Origin: Terrimicrobiaceae bacterium
Lineage (GTDB): Bacteria; Verrucomicrobiota; Verrucomicrobiia; Chthoniobacterales; Terrimicrobiaceae
Assembly: GCA_044342325.1 (NCBI GenBank)
Contig: JBIIPZ010000020.1
Location: 1-50,460 of the forward strand
Reading direction: 5' to 3'
DNA length: 50,460 nucleotides
Positions 1 through 7,984 of the stretch are shown here, in pieces (the first letter of the stretch is position 1; the number at the start of each line of letters is the position of its first letter). The notes under the pieces are model-generated. The model worked only from the letters and a program-made list of their open reading frames with translations. It did no database searches and had not been told where the DNA came from. Position numbers and translations under genes: made by a program.

Positions 1-18
1 GAATGATGACCGCATTCA

Positions 19-92
19 GCACCCGTAGCTCAATTGGATAGAGTGACGGTCTCCGAAGCCGTAGGTTGTGGGTTCGACCCCCGCCGGGTGCA
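19..92 (+). tRNA. tRNA-Arg (anticodon CCG)
   Basis: Acceptor stem GCACCCG/CGGGTGC plus discriminator A; D arm TAGCTCAATTGGATAGAG; anticodon arm ACGGT-CTCCGAA-GCCGT; T loop GGTTCGACCC; CCA not encoded. Confidence 0.95.
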
Positions 93-223
93 AAATTTTG
101 CGGGTGGATCATTTTTGGTGTTGCGCTAAAATCCCGATTCATTACTCTGCACGACCTGTCTTTTCCAAAAGCGACTGAACCAAACAAGCCGATGGAAGCG
201 ACGAAAAACCCACAAACCCTTTT

Positions 224-298
224 GCCAGGGTAGCTCAGAGGTAGAGCAGGGGACTCATAAGCCCTTGGTCGGGAGTTCAATTCTCCCCCCTGGCACCA
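224..298 (+). tRNA. tRNA with CAU anticodon (Ile2/lysidine type or elongator Met; not initiator)
   Basis: GCCAGGG/CCCTGGC acceptor stem, anticodon loop CTCATAA, T loop GTTCAATT, encoded ACCA end; G1-C72 is paired, so not fMet. Confidence 0.93.
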
Positions 299-307
299 AC
301 ATATTTT

Positions 308-580
308 ATGGCCAATACAAAATCAGCAGAAAAAAGCGCCCGCCAAAGCGAGAAGCGCCACGCCCGCAATACAGCCGTGATCACAGCTATCAAATCACGC
401 CAGAAGAAGCTTCGTGCCGTCATCTCCAGCGGTGACGCGGCAGCGGCCAAGGTCGAATTCGACGGTCTCTCCTCCGCTCTCGACAAGGCAGCCAAGCGCG
501 GCATCATTCATCGCAATGTGGCGAACCGCCGCAAGAGCCGCCTGAACAAGGCTGTGATCGCTGCGAAAGCCGCGAAGTAA
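308..580 (+). CDS. rpsT: 30S ribosomal protein S20
   Basis: MANTKSAEK...[22 protein letters not shown] signature, 90 aa, basic. Confidence 0.97.
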   Translation: MANTKSAEKSARQSEKRHARNTAVITAIKSRQKKLRAVISSGDAAAAKVEFDGLSSALDKAAKRGIIHRNVANRRKSRLNKAVIAAKAAK

Positions 581-602
581 GATTTCGTCATTTCCCCCTC
601 CT

Positions 603-650
603 TCGAACGGCGCGATCCGCAACAACGGACGCGCCGTTCGATATTTTTTT
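603..650 (+). terminator. Rho-independent terminator after rpsT
   Basis: TCGAACGGCGCG...CGCGCCGTTCGA hairpin followed by TATTTTTTT. Confidence 0.8.
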
Positions 651-687
651 GCCGTGCCGGCGCACGGCGAATTTGTTTGATTCAGGC

Positions 688-1473
688 ATGGCACCGAAAC
701 GGCCGCGTTCCGTATTAAAGACGCGACAGTCTCTTTACTCGACTCTCACTGGGGTGGAGGTCGGTTATGTCCCGAAGCGTTGGGTGAAATTTCCGACCGG
801 TGTTCTGCTTCTCCTGCCGGCGGCTGTTCTCACGCTCACATTTTATGGGGCGTTTTTAAAAAGCGCAGCCCATGGCGGATTTTTGGGCAGCGAGGAGGTG
901 CGGGGTTTTGCGATTGGAGGGTTGGTCGGCCTGCTCTGGTTTTTTTCCTGCACCCCGTTGCGTTTGCTTTATGTGATGGGCCATGAACTCACTCATGCGC
1001 TGTGGGTCTGGATTCATGGTGGGCGGGTGCATGATTTCCATGTGCGGGAGGATGGGGGCCATGTGGTGACGGACAGGACGAATACCTTGATCATCCTCGC
1101 GCCGTATTTCTTCCCCTTCTACACGCTCTGCTGGGTCGCGGCGTATGGATTTGCGCTCTTCTGTTTTGATCTGCAGGGATTCCCCAGCCTGTTGTATTTT
1201 GGTCTGGGCTTCACTTGGTTTCTGCATCTCGCCTACACGGTGTGGATGATTCAAAAAGGCCAGCCCGACCTCGAATACGGCGGCGCCTTTTTTTCCCTCA
1301 CTGTGATCTATCTGGCGAACCTCTGCTTCATCTCGGCGCTTCTGGTTATCGCTTCTCCAAGCGTTAGCTGGATTGGGTTTGCGGGCGATCTTTTGCACAA
1401 TGCCACCGAGGTATCCGCCGTGATCGTGCGGGTCGTGGAGATCGCCATTCAGAGCCTCTCGCGCTTGGCGTAG
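688..1473 (+). CDS. Membrane zinc metallopeptidase-like protein (M50/M50B-like)
   Basis: Several hydrophobic segments, GHELTH (HExxH), GGHV, LAPYFFP; ATG at 688 preferred as start. Confidence 0.7.
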   Translation: MAPKRPRSVLKTRQSLYSTLTGVEVGYVPKRWVKFPTGVLLLLPAAVLTLTFYGAFLKSAAHGGFLGSEEVRGFAIGGLVGLLWFFSCTPLRLLYVMGHELTHALWVWIHGGRVHDFHVREDGGHVVTDRTNTLIILAPYFFPFYTLCWVAAYGFALFCFDLQGFPSLLYFGLGFTWFLHLAYTVWMIQKGQPDLEYGGAFFSLTVIYLANLCFISALLVIASPSVSWIGFAGDLLHNATEVSAVIVRVVEIAIQSLSRLA

Positions 1474-1482
1474 GAGGATTTT

Positions 1483-1803
1483 TCAGGCGGTCTTTTCGCA
1501 ACTCGCGACCACCCAAGCCGAGTAGGCTTGCAAGGCTTGAGCCGCCTCAAAGGCGGCGATCTCGGGGGTCTCGTAAGGGTGCAGGGAACGGAGTTCGGAC
1601 TCGAAGTCTGTTGCTCCTGTTTTTGGGATTTTAAAAATCACCACCACCTCGGCGGATTCTTCTATGGCATCCCTCCAGCGATAGATGGATCGTGCGCCGG
1701 GAATGATCGTGCCGCAGGCGGCTGATTTTTTCTCAACGAGCTGACGGATGATGCTTGCAGCCGTGGATTCGTCAGGGAGCGTGGTGACGACAAAGAGGAT
1801 CAT
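1483..1803 (-). CDS. cutA: Divalent-cation tolerance protein CutA
   Basis: LVEKKSAAC, SIYRW, LHPYETPEI motifs. Confidence 0.92.
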   Translation of the reverse strand: MILFVVTTLPDESTAASIIRQLVEKKSAACGTIIPGARSIYRWRDAIEESAEVVVIFKIPKTGATDFESELRSLHPYETPEIAAFEAAQALQAYSAWVVASCEKTA

Positions 1804-2897
1804 GCCGCAACCGGGGCGGGTTCGCGTGTGATCCAGCCTCCACCGACGACGACATCGCCATCATAGAAGACAGCCGCTTGGCCGGGTGTGATGGCACGCT
1901 GCGGGGTGTCGAGTTGGATACGGGCCTTGCCGCCGGGCAGGGCTTGAACGGTTGCCTCTGCACCGGGATGCGCGTAGCGGATTTTCACTGTGATGCGCTC
2001 GCTGGCGCCGGGTTCGCCACGTAGCCAATTTGTGCGGTCCACTTCGAAGCCCTCGCGCACCAGGTCTTCTTCGTCGCCGACGATGACGCGGTTGGTCTGC
2101 GGGTCGATGTCGATGACATAGCGTGGGCGTGGGGAGCCGCCTGGGAGGCCCTTGCGCTGGCCGATAGTAAACATTTCTATGCCCTCGTGGTCGGCGATGA
2201 AATTGCCCTTTGTGTCGTAGATGCCGCCCTTGTGGAATTCCTCTTCGCCGAGGTGTCCTCGAAGGAAGGCTTTGTAGTCATTGCCCGGCACGAAGCAGAT
2301 TTCTTGGCTGTCCACCTTGTCAGCGACCTTCAGCCCGAGTTCGCGTGCGATCTCGCGGATTTCGGGTTTTTCCATTCCTCCCAGCGGCGTGAGGGCGTGT
2401 TGGAGTTGATCCTGACCAAGGCTGAAAAGGAAATACGATTGGTCTTTGCGGGCGTCGCGACCTTTGCGAAGGACGGCGTGGTTCTCGTGATGGTCAATGA
2501 TCGCGTAGTGTCCGGTGGCGATGAAGTCGGCGCCGAGCGAGCGGGCTTTTGTGCGAAGATTGCCGAATTTGAGATGCTCGTTGCACATCACACACGGGTT
2601 CGGTGTGCGACCCTTTTTGTATTCGCTGGCGAAGTAATCGATGACGATTTTTTCGAAGTTGTCGGCCTCATCGACGACATAGTGTGGGATGCCCAGCTTG
2701 TGGGCGACGCCGCGTGCATCGGCGATGGCCGAGGGGCCGCAGCATTTGTCTTCAGCGCGGGAGATGCAATCCTGCGGCCAGACTTTCATGGTCACGCCGA
2801 TAACCTCCCATCCATCGCGCTGCAAAAGCGCAGCCGCCACGCTGGAATCCACACCGCCGCTCATTCCGAGCAGCACCCTTCTACCATTGCCTTTCAT
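1800..2897 (-). CDS. mnmA: tRNA 2-thiouridine(34) synthase MnmA
   Basis: SGGVDS PP-loop, TPNPCVMCN, ATGHYA, KDQSYFL, SQEICF, TIGQRKGL, TPGQAAVFY; start set to ATG 2897. Confidence 0.97.
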   Translation of the reverse strand: MKGNGRRVLLGMSGGVDSSVAAALLQRDGWEVIGVTMKVWPQDCISRAEDKCCGPSAIADARGVAHKLGIPHYVVDEADNFEKIVIDYFASEYKKGRTPNPCVMCNEHLKFGNLRTKARSLGADFIATGHYAIIDHHENHAVLRKGRDARKDQSYFLFSLGQDQLQHALTPLGGMEKPEIREIARELGLKVADKVDSQEICFVPGNDYKAFLRGHLGEEEFHKGGIYDTKGNFIADHEGIEMFTIGQRKGLPGGSPRPRYVIDIDPQTNRVIVGDEEDLVREGFEVDRTNWLRGEPGASERITVKIRYAHPGAEATVQALPGGKARIQLDTPQRAITPGQAAVFYDGDVVVGGGWITREPAPVAA

Positions 2898-2904
2898 GAG
2901 AACG

Positions 2905-2933
2905 AGCATAAGGAGCGGCGGCGGTGGCGTCAA
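2905..2933 (-). promoter_or_regulatory. sigma70-type promoter for mnmA (leaderless geometry)
   Basis: Minus strand TTGACG-17 nt-TATGCT, 7 nt before the ATG. Confidence 0.7.
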
Positions 2934-3047
2934 ACCGCAGGCGCTTGGGCGGGAGACACGATTCTTGCGAAAGTCCGCCTTGGCGATTAGCAATAGTGGC
3001 ATCCTGAGAACAGGATGCGGAGCCGCGCCGTCCACTGCGGCCTTTCT

Positions 3048-5132
3048 ATGGCCACGGATTTCTCGAATAAAAACAATTTTATCAACCGCGAGTTGAGCTG
3101 GTTGGAATTCAACCAGCGCGTGCTGGATCAGGCATTTGACGAAGCGAACCCGCTTCTGGAACGCTTGAAGTTTCTGTGCATCGTCAGCTCGAATCTGGAT
3201 GAATTTTTCGAGGTCCGAGTTGCGGGTCTCAAGCAGCAGCAACAGACTGGCTCCACCGACACTGGGCCGGATGGCCTTTCCGCCGCCGAGACGCTGGCCC
3301 GAATCAGCGTGCGCGCCAGAAAGATGGTTGATGACCAATACCGCTGCTGGCGCGACCACATCGCTCCCGCGCTGCAACAGGAGAAAATCCGTTTTCACAA
3401 CTACCCCGAGGTTCCGGAGTCCGAGAGGGAGTATTTCGAGAAGTTTTTCCGCGAGACCGTTTACCCTGTTTTGACTCCGCTGGCGGTAGATCCCGCGCAT
3501 CCTTTCCCGCAGCTTCTGAACAAGAGCCTGAATGTCATTGTGGAGTTGGAGGGCGAGGATCTGAGCACCGACATCGCCGTCGTGCAAGCGCCGCGCATCC
3601 TTCCGCGGCTGGTGCCTTTTTCTTCGAAGGTGGATGGCGACGACTATGTTTTTCTGGGAAACATCATCCAGGCGCATGTGCAGTCGCTCTTCCGTGGGGT
3701 GAAGGTGAAGGGGACGCACCTTTTCCGTGTGACTCGCAACAGCAATCTTTATGTGGACGAGGAGGAGGCCAGCAATCTACTGCACGCGATCGAGGAGGAG
3801 CTTCGCAAGGTCAAGCGCGGGGCGGCTGTGAGGCTCGAGGTCAAAGACGATTGTCCCGAGCATGTGCAGCGCCGGTTGCTTGAGATTTTCAACCTCGAGC
3901 AGGAGGATGTATTCCGCATCGATGGTCCCCTCAACTTCTCGCGTCTCATGCCGCTGGCGCTGCAGTTGGATCGTCCCGACCTTCGCTACAAGCGCTTCAC
4001 GCCTTGCTCTGTGGTTTCATTGGATACGGAAGCGGATTTGTTTTTCCATATTCGGAAGGGCGACATCTTGCTGCACCATCCGTATGACAGCTTCCAGACG
4101 GTCGTCGATTTTCTGGCGCAGGCGGCGGAGGATCCCCAGGTGTTGGCGATCAAGCAGACGCTTTACCGCACCAGTTCGGACTCGCCGATTGTGCAGGCGC
4201 TGATCACAGCGGCAAGGAATGGCAAGCAGGTGACGGCCGTCATCGAGTTGAAGGCGCGTTTCGACGAGGCGGCGAATATCCAGTGGGCGCGCATGATGCG
4301 GGAGGCGGGAGTGGATGTTGTGTATGGTGTGACCGGACTTAAGACGCATGCGAAGGCGATGTTGATTATCCGCAGCGAGGGCGAGCGGATCCGGCGCTAC
4401 GCCCATATGGGGACGGGGAATTATCATCCCTCGACGGCGAAAATTTACACCGACTTGAGTCTGCTCACCTGCCGCGAGGAGCTCACGAGTGAACTGGCGG
4501 AGACCTTCAACTGCCTTACCGGCGTGTCGCGTTTTCCGGCGATGAAGGAGTTACTGGTCGCGCCATGGTCGCTTTACGAGGGCTTTCAGGAACTCATCGA
4601 AAACGAAATCGGCCATGCCTGGGCAGGGCGGCCATGCGGGATTTATGCGAAGGTCAACTCGCTTGTGGAAGAGGGCATCATCGAAGCGCTCTACCGTGCT
4701 TCCGCAGCTGGTGTTCCGATTCGCCTCCTTGTGCGAGGCATGTGTGCCATCAAGGTCGGTATTCCGGGAGTGAGCGAAAACATCGAGGTTCGCAGCCTGG
4801 TCGGTCGCTTCCTCGAGCACAGCAGAATTTTTCAGTTTGTGAACGGTGGCGAGAACCGCATTCTTTTGGGCAGTGCGGATTGGATGCCAAGAAACCTCTT
4901 CCGCCGTGTGGAAACGATCTTCCCGGTTACTGCACCGGGAATGAAGCAACATGTGCAGGAAATTCTGGATTGGTTCTGGCGCGACAATGCGAAGGCACAG
5001 GTCATGCAGACCGACGGAACCTATCGTTTTCGAGAGCGCGTTGAGGGCGAGGCTCCCTTCGATGCGCAGGCAGAGTTTCTTGCGGATGCCCAGCGGCGCC
5101 GCAAAAACCAGACGAAGACCATCGAGCGCTGA
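3048..5132 (+). CDS. ppk1: Polyphosphate kinase 1
   Basis: NRELSWLEFNQRVL, NLDEFFEVRVAGL, HHPYDSF, ELKARFDE, LKTHAK, GRFLEHSR, SADWMPRNL. Confidence 0.97.
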   Translation: MATDFSNKNNFINRELSWLEFNQRVLDQAFDEANPLLERLKFLCIVSSNLDEFFEVRVAGLKQQQQTGSTDTGPDGLSAAETLARISVRARKMVDDQYRCWRDHIAPALQQEKIRFHNYPEVPESEREYFEKFFRETVYPVLTPLAVDPAHPFPQLLNKSLNVIVELEGEDLSTDIAVVQAPRILPRLVPFSSKVDGDDYVFLGNIIQAHVQSLFRGVKVKGTHLFRVTRNSNLYVDEEEASNLLHAIEEELRKVKRGAAVRLEVKDDCPEHVQRRLLEIFNLEQEDVFRIDGPLNFSRLMPLALQLDRPDLRYKRFTPCSVVSLDTEADLFFHIRKGDILLHHPYDSFQTVVDFLAQAAEDPQVLAIKQTLYRTSSDSPIVQALITAARNGKQVTAVIELKARFDEAANIQWARMMREAGVDVVYGVTGLKTHAKAMLIIRSEGERIRRYAHMGTGNYHPSTAKIYTDLSLLTCREELTSELAETFNCLTGVSRFPAMKELLVAPWSLYEGFQELIENEIGHAWAGRPCGIYAKVNSLVEEGIIEALYRASAAGVPIRLLVRGMCAIKVGIPGVSENIEVRSLVGRFLEHSRIFQFVNGGENRILLGSADWMPRNLFRRVETIFPVTAPGMKQHVQEILDWFWRDNAKAQVMQTDGTYRFRERVEGEAPFDAQAEFLADAQRRRKNQTKTIER

Positions 5133-5142
5133 GTGCGGGATG

Positions 5143-5171
5143 TTGCAGTGGGGACGGCCGATTGTTAACTT
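5143..5171 (+). promoter_or_regulatory. sigma70-type promoter (leaderless geometry)
   Basis: TTGCAG-17 nt-TAACTT, 8 nt before ATG 5180. Confidence 0.55.
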
Positions 5172-5179
5172 ACCAGTGT

Positions 5180-5500
5180 ATGCCAAACTACGATTACGAG
5201 TGCGAAAAGTGCGGAAAAACCTTTGAGGCCTTCCAGTCCATGAAGGACAAGGCGTTTGAAACTTGTCCGGAGGCCTCCTGCCTTATGGATACCTGGGGGC
5301 AGGGTAAGGTGCGCCGCCTTTTGGGAACCGGCGCGGGACTCATTTTCAAGGGATCCGGATTCTACATCACAGACTACCGCAGCGAGGGCTACAAGCAGGC
5401 AGCTAAGAAAGACAGCGGCGATGGTGGATCAGCCAAGACCGAATCCAAACCCGCTGCGCCCGCAGCAGCTCCTGCGCCCTCATCCACTCCCAAGACATGA
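5180..5500 (+). CDS. FmdB-family zinc-ribbon protein
   Basis: MPNYDYECEKCG...CP...FKGSGFYITDY with a low-complexity tail. Confidence 0.9.
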   Translation: MPNYDYECEKCGKTFEAFQSMKDKAFETCPEASCLMDTWGQGKVRRLLGTGAGLIFKGSGFYITDYRSEGYKQAAKKDSGDGGSAKTESKPAAPAAAPAPSSTPKT

Positions 5501-6282
5501 AAATTTGCACTGCCTGCAACACAGAGAACGACGACACGCGCGTCTTCTGTCTGGAATGTGGGCAACGGCTGCCGCAGCCCGTGGCGGCGGCATCGGTTGG
5601 CCTCAAGCAAGCTGCTGCCGGGGCTTCGGCTCCGCCTCTGCCTTCATTAAAGCCGGTAAAAAAACAAATTCCGCGCAAGCCTTCGAACACGGCTCGAAAC
5701 TTGTTTAGTCTGTTTGGGAATCTCCTTTTCTGGGCAGTTCTCGCTGGGATGGTTTTCGGGATTTATCTCATTTCCCAGACGCCTCCTGTCATACGACCTG
5801 CGGTGGAAAAGGATGCCACCGCCTCTGCTGCTTTGGCTTCTTTCTTTCGCAAGGCTTCGACAACGCCGGGCGGGGCTTGGATGGGCAGCGAGGATTCCAT
5901 CAACAGGTTTCTCTTGGAAAATGTGAAACTCGTTCCGGTTGCCGCTCCTCTCGGTATTCACTCGGAATTCAAGCGCTGTTTCGTGCAGTTGGGCGAGGGG
6001 CATCTGGATTTTGTCATGGAGCAATCTCTCGAAGACTATCCGCTCTACTTTTCGCTTCAGCTTGAACCATACTCTCAAGACGGTGATTTGAAGGTTCGCG
6101 TTCTTGGAGCCTCGCTTGGCAAGCTTCCCGTTCCTGCTTTTGTTGCGCCCTATATTCTAGCGATTTGGCGGCCGTGTTTCGACTCGCTGGGGGCGATTGT
6201 GGAAACATTGGATTCCGCCAGTTCCGCCTCGGTCACTCCGAAAAGCCTGGTTGTGCGATGGCCTGGAAAAGGCGACTCCTGA
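5497..6282 (+). CDS. Zinc-ribbon membrane protein, unknown function
   Basis: N-terminal CTAC...FCLECG, one TM segment, ATGA overlap with the upstream gene. Confidence 0.75.
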   Translation: MKICTACNTENDDTRVFCLECGQRLPQPVAAASVGLKQAAAGASAPPLPSLKPVKKQIPRKPSNTARNLFSLFGNLLFWAVLAGMVFGIYLISQTPPVIRPAVEKDATASAALASFFRKASTTPGGAWMGSEDSINRFLLENVKLVPVAAPLGIHSEFKRCFVQLGEGHLDFVMEQSLEDYPLYFSLQLEPYSQDGDLKVRVLGASLGKLPVPAFVAPYILAIWRPCFDSLGAIVETLDSASSASVTPKSLVVRWPGKGDS

Positions 6283-7523
6283 TCTTGTTGGCTGCAGGAG
6301 TTCCTCTCCTTTACGCCGAACCGGCGCGTGTCGCCAATGCTTCGCTTGCCGCCTCCTCATCAAGCCGAAGTGGTGCATTTATCGCCTTCTCCCAAGACCG
6401 CGACCTTCGAAACAGAATGCTTCGCGCGGCCGACGATGCACTGCTTGAGTGGGAGAAAATCCATGAGACCAAGGCTGGCTCTGCGTCGCCGATTATTCTT
6501 AACGACAAAACTCGCTCTGCCATTCCAAGGGGTGGAGGTTCCGTTGTGCCTCTAATTTTTGAAACGGAGACCGGCATGAAGGTGCAGGTCGATCTCTACG
6601 ATGAAGCCGCGCTTCGCAGCGGAGGCTTCGATGCGGGAGTCCTCTCAGCCCTTGCGCTCCACGCCATGCATCGCGATCAGCCTCCGCGCGCGGGGAAGTC
6701 CTTTGCGTTGCCTCCACCATGGTTCATTGAGGGGCTTGCCGAGGAGGTGCGCCGATCGCGGGATGGTGCGCCGGACGGAGTCTTCTCGGCGCTCATCCAG
6801 AGCGGGCGACCGCCGGAGTTGGAGGCGTTTTTTCGACAGAAGCCGGAAATCCTCGATGCGGCTTCGATTATTCTCTACCGCGCCCAGGCGGTGTCTCTCT
6901 TGCGTGTTTTAAAAAAGGCGGACGGATCGAAAAAAGGCTTCGCCGCCTTGTTTACAGATCCAGCATTTTCCAGAGGAGGGGAGGATCCGATCCGCTCTGC
7001 ATTTCCTTCGTTCGGTTCGCGGAGTGAACTTTCCAAACTTTGGACGCTGAACATTGCGCGCAGCTCGCTGCCGCCGCGCATGGCCTCGCTCACCGTCGGG
7101 CAGAGTGAGCGCGAGTTGGTGGAACTTTTAAAATCCGTCAATGGCGGGCAGACTCTCTCTGAGGCAGCCAAGGCGAAGGGGGGAGCTTTTCTCATGCGGG
7201 AATGCGTGGTGCGGCTTTTTAATCTGGAATTCCGCGCACATCCGCTCTTCCAGCCAATCTTGGAGCAGTATCGAAACATCGCCTCTCTGCTCGCCAGCAA
7301 GCCGAGGGCTGCGGTCTCGGTTAAAATCCAAGAACTGGAGAACACCCGCGTGCTTCTCGTTGAGCGCTCTGAAAAAATTGCGGATTACTTGAATTGGTTT
7401 GAAGTCACTCAGCTTGATGAGGCTCGAAGCCTCCGCGATGAAAAGCCGGGCAGCAACGGCTCGATGCCTTTTAATAATCCCTATGCGCTGTATCTGGATA
7501 GTTTGGAAGCGAGAGGTTGGTGA
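6258..7523 (+). CDS. Exported hypothetical protein with a degenerate gluzincin-like motif
   Basis: Signal-like MAWKRRLLILLAAG; PPWFIEGLAE present without an upstream HExxH. Confidence 0.65.
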   Translation: MAWKRRLLILLAAGVPLLYAEPARVANASLAASSSSRSGAFIAFSQDRDLRNRMLRAADDALLEWEKIHETKAGSASPIILNDKTRSAIPRGGGSVVPLIFETETGMKVQVDLYDEAALRSGGFDAGVLSALALHAMHRDQPPRAGKSFALPPPWFIEGLAEEVRRSRDGAPDGVFSALIQSGRPPELEAFFRQKPEILDAASIILYRAQAVSLLRVLKKADGSKKGFAALFTDPAFSRGGEDPIRSAFPSFGSRSELSKLWTLNIARSSLPPRMASLTVGQSERELVELLKSVNGGQTLSEAAKAKGGAFLMRECVVRLFNLEFRAHPLFQPILEQYRNIASLLASKPRAAVSVKIQELENTRVLLVERSEKIADYLNWFEVTQLDEARSLRDEKPGSNGSMPFNNPYALYLDSLEARGW

Positions 7524-7541
7524 ATCTTCCCGAAAATGAAA

Positions 7542-7570
7542 TTGAAGTCAGACATGTGCATTATTAACTT
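7542..7570 (+). promoter_or_regulatory. sigma70-type promoter (leaderless geometry)
   Basis: TTGAAG-17 nt-TAACTT, 8 nt before ATG 7579. Confidence 0.55.
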
Positions 7571-7578
7571 TTATTTCA

Positions 7579-7980
7579 ATGAAACTACCACTGCTGAAAC
7601 CACTCACGGAAATCGTCATCATTGAGACTCGTTCCTTTCCTCAGGAAGGTTTGCAGGATTCTTCCGAAGTTATGGAGGTCTCCTTGGAGGCGATCATTGA
7701 CGAATTTCTTTTAAAGTTGGGGCAATCAAACGCCCATGTTTTGGGGGTCGTCATCCAATTGCTAACATGTGGCAAGGTGCGCGTTGATTTTCGTGATTAC
7801 AACCTCCGCTTGGAGCTGGGTCCGAGTGAAAATCTCATGGAGCGTTCGCAAGCCGTGGCTGTTTTTGATGACTATATCAAACGCCGTAAAAACTCCGATG
7901 CTGATCGTTCGGTTGATGTGACGCAAAAAATCATGGTTCAGGCACCGAGGGTTGCGTTGCCGAGGGCTGGTCAGCGCTGA
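7579..7980 (+). CDS. Hypothetical protein
   Basis: 133-aa ORF filling the gap, promoter-like element upstream, convergent with the flagellar cluster. Confidence 0.6.
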   Translation: MKLPLLKPLTEIVIIETRSFPQEGLQDSSEVMEVSLEAIIDEFLLKLGQSNAHVLGVVIQLLTCGKVRVDFRDYNLRLELGPSENLMERSQAVAVFDDYIKRRKNSDADRSVDVTQKIMVQAPRVALPRAGQR

Positions 7981-7984
7981 AGTC

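Noticed and set aside
2898..3719. 274-aa N-terminal extension of MnmA in the ORF track
   Set aside because: Antisense shadow of ppk1; a promoter and ATG at 2897 define the real start
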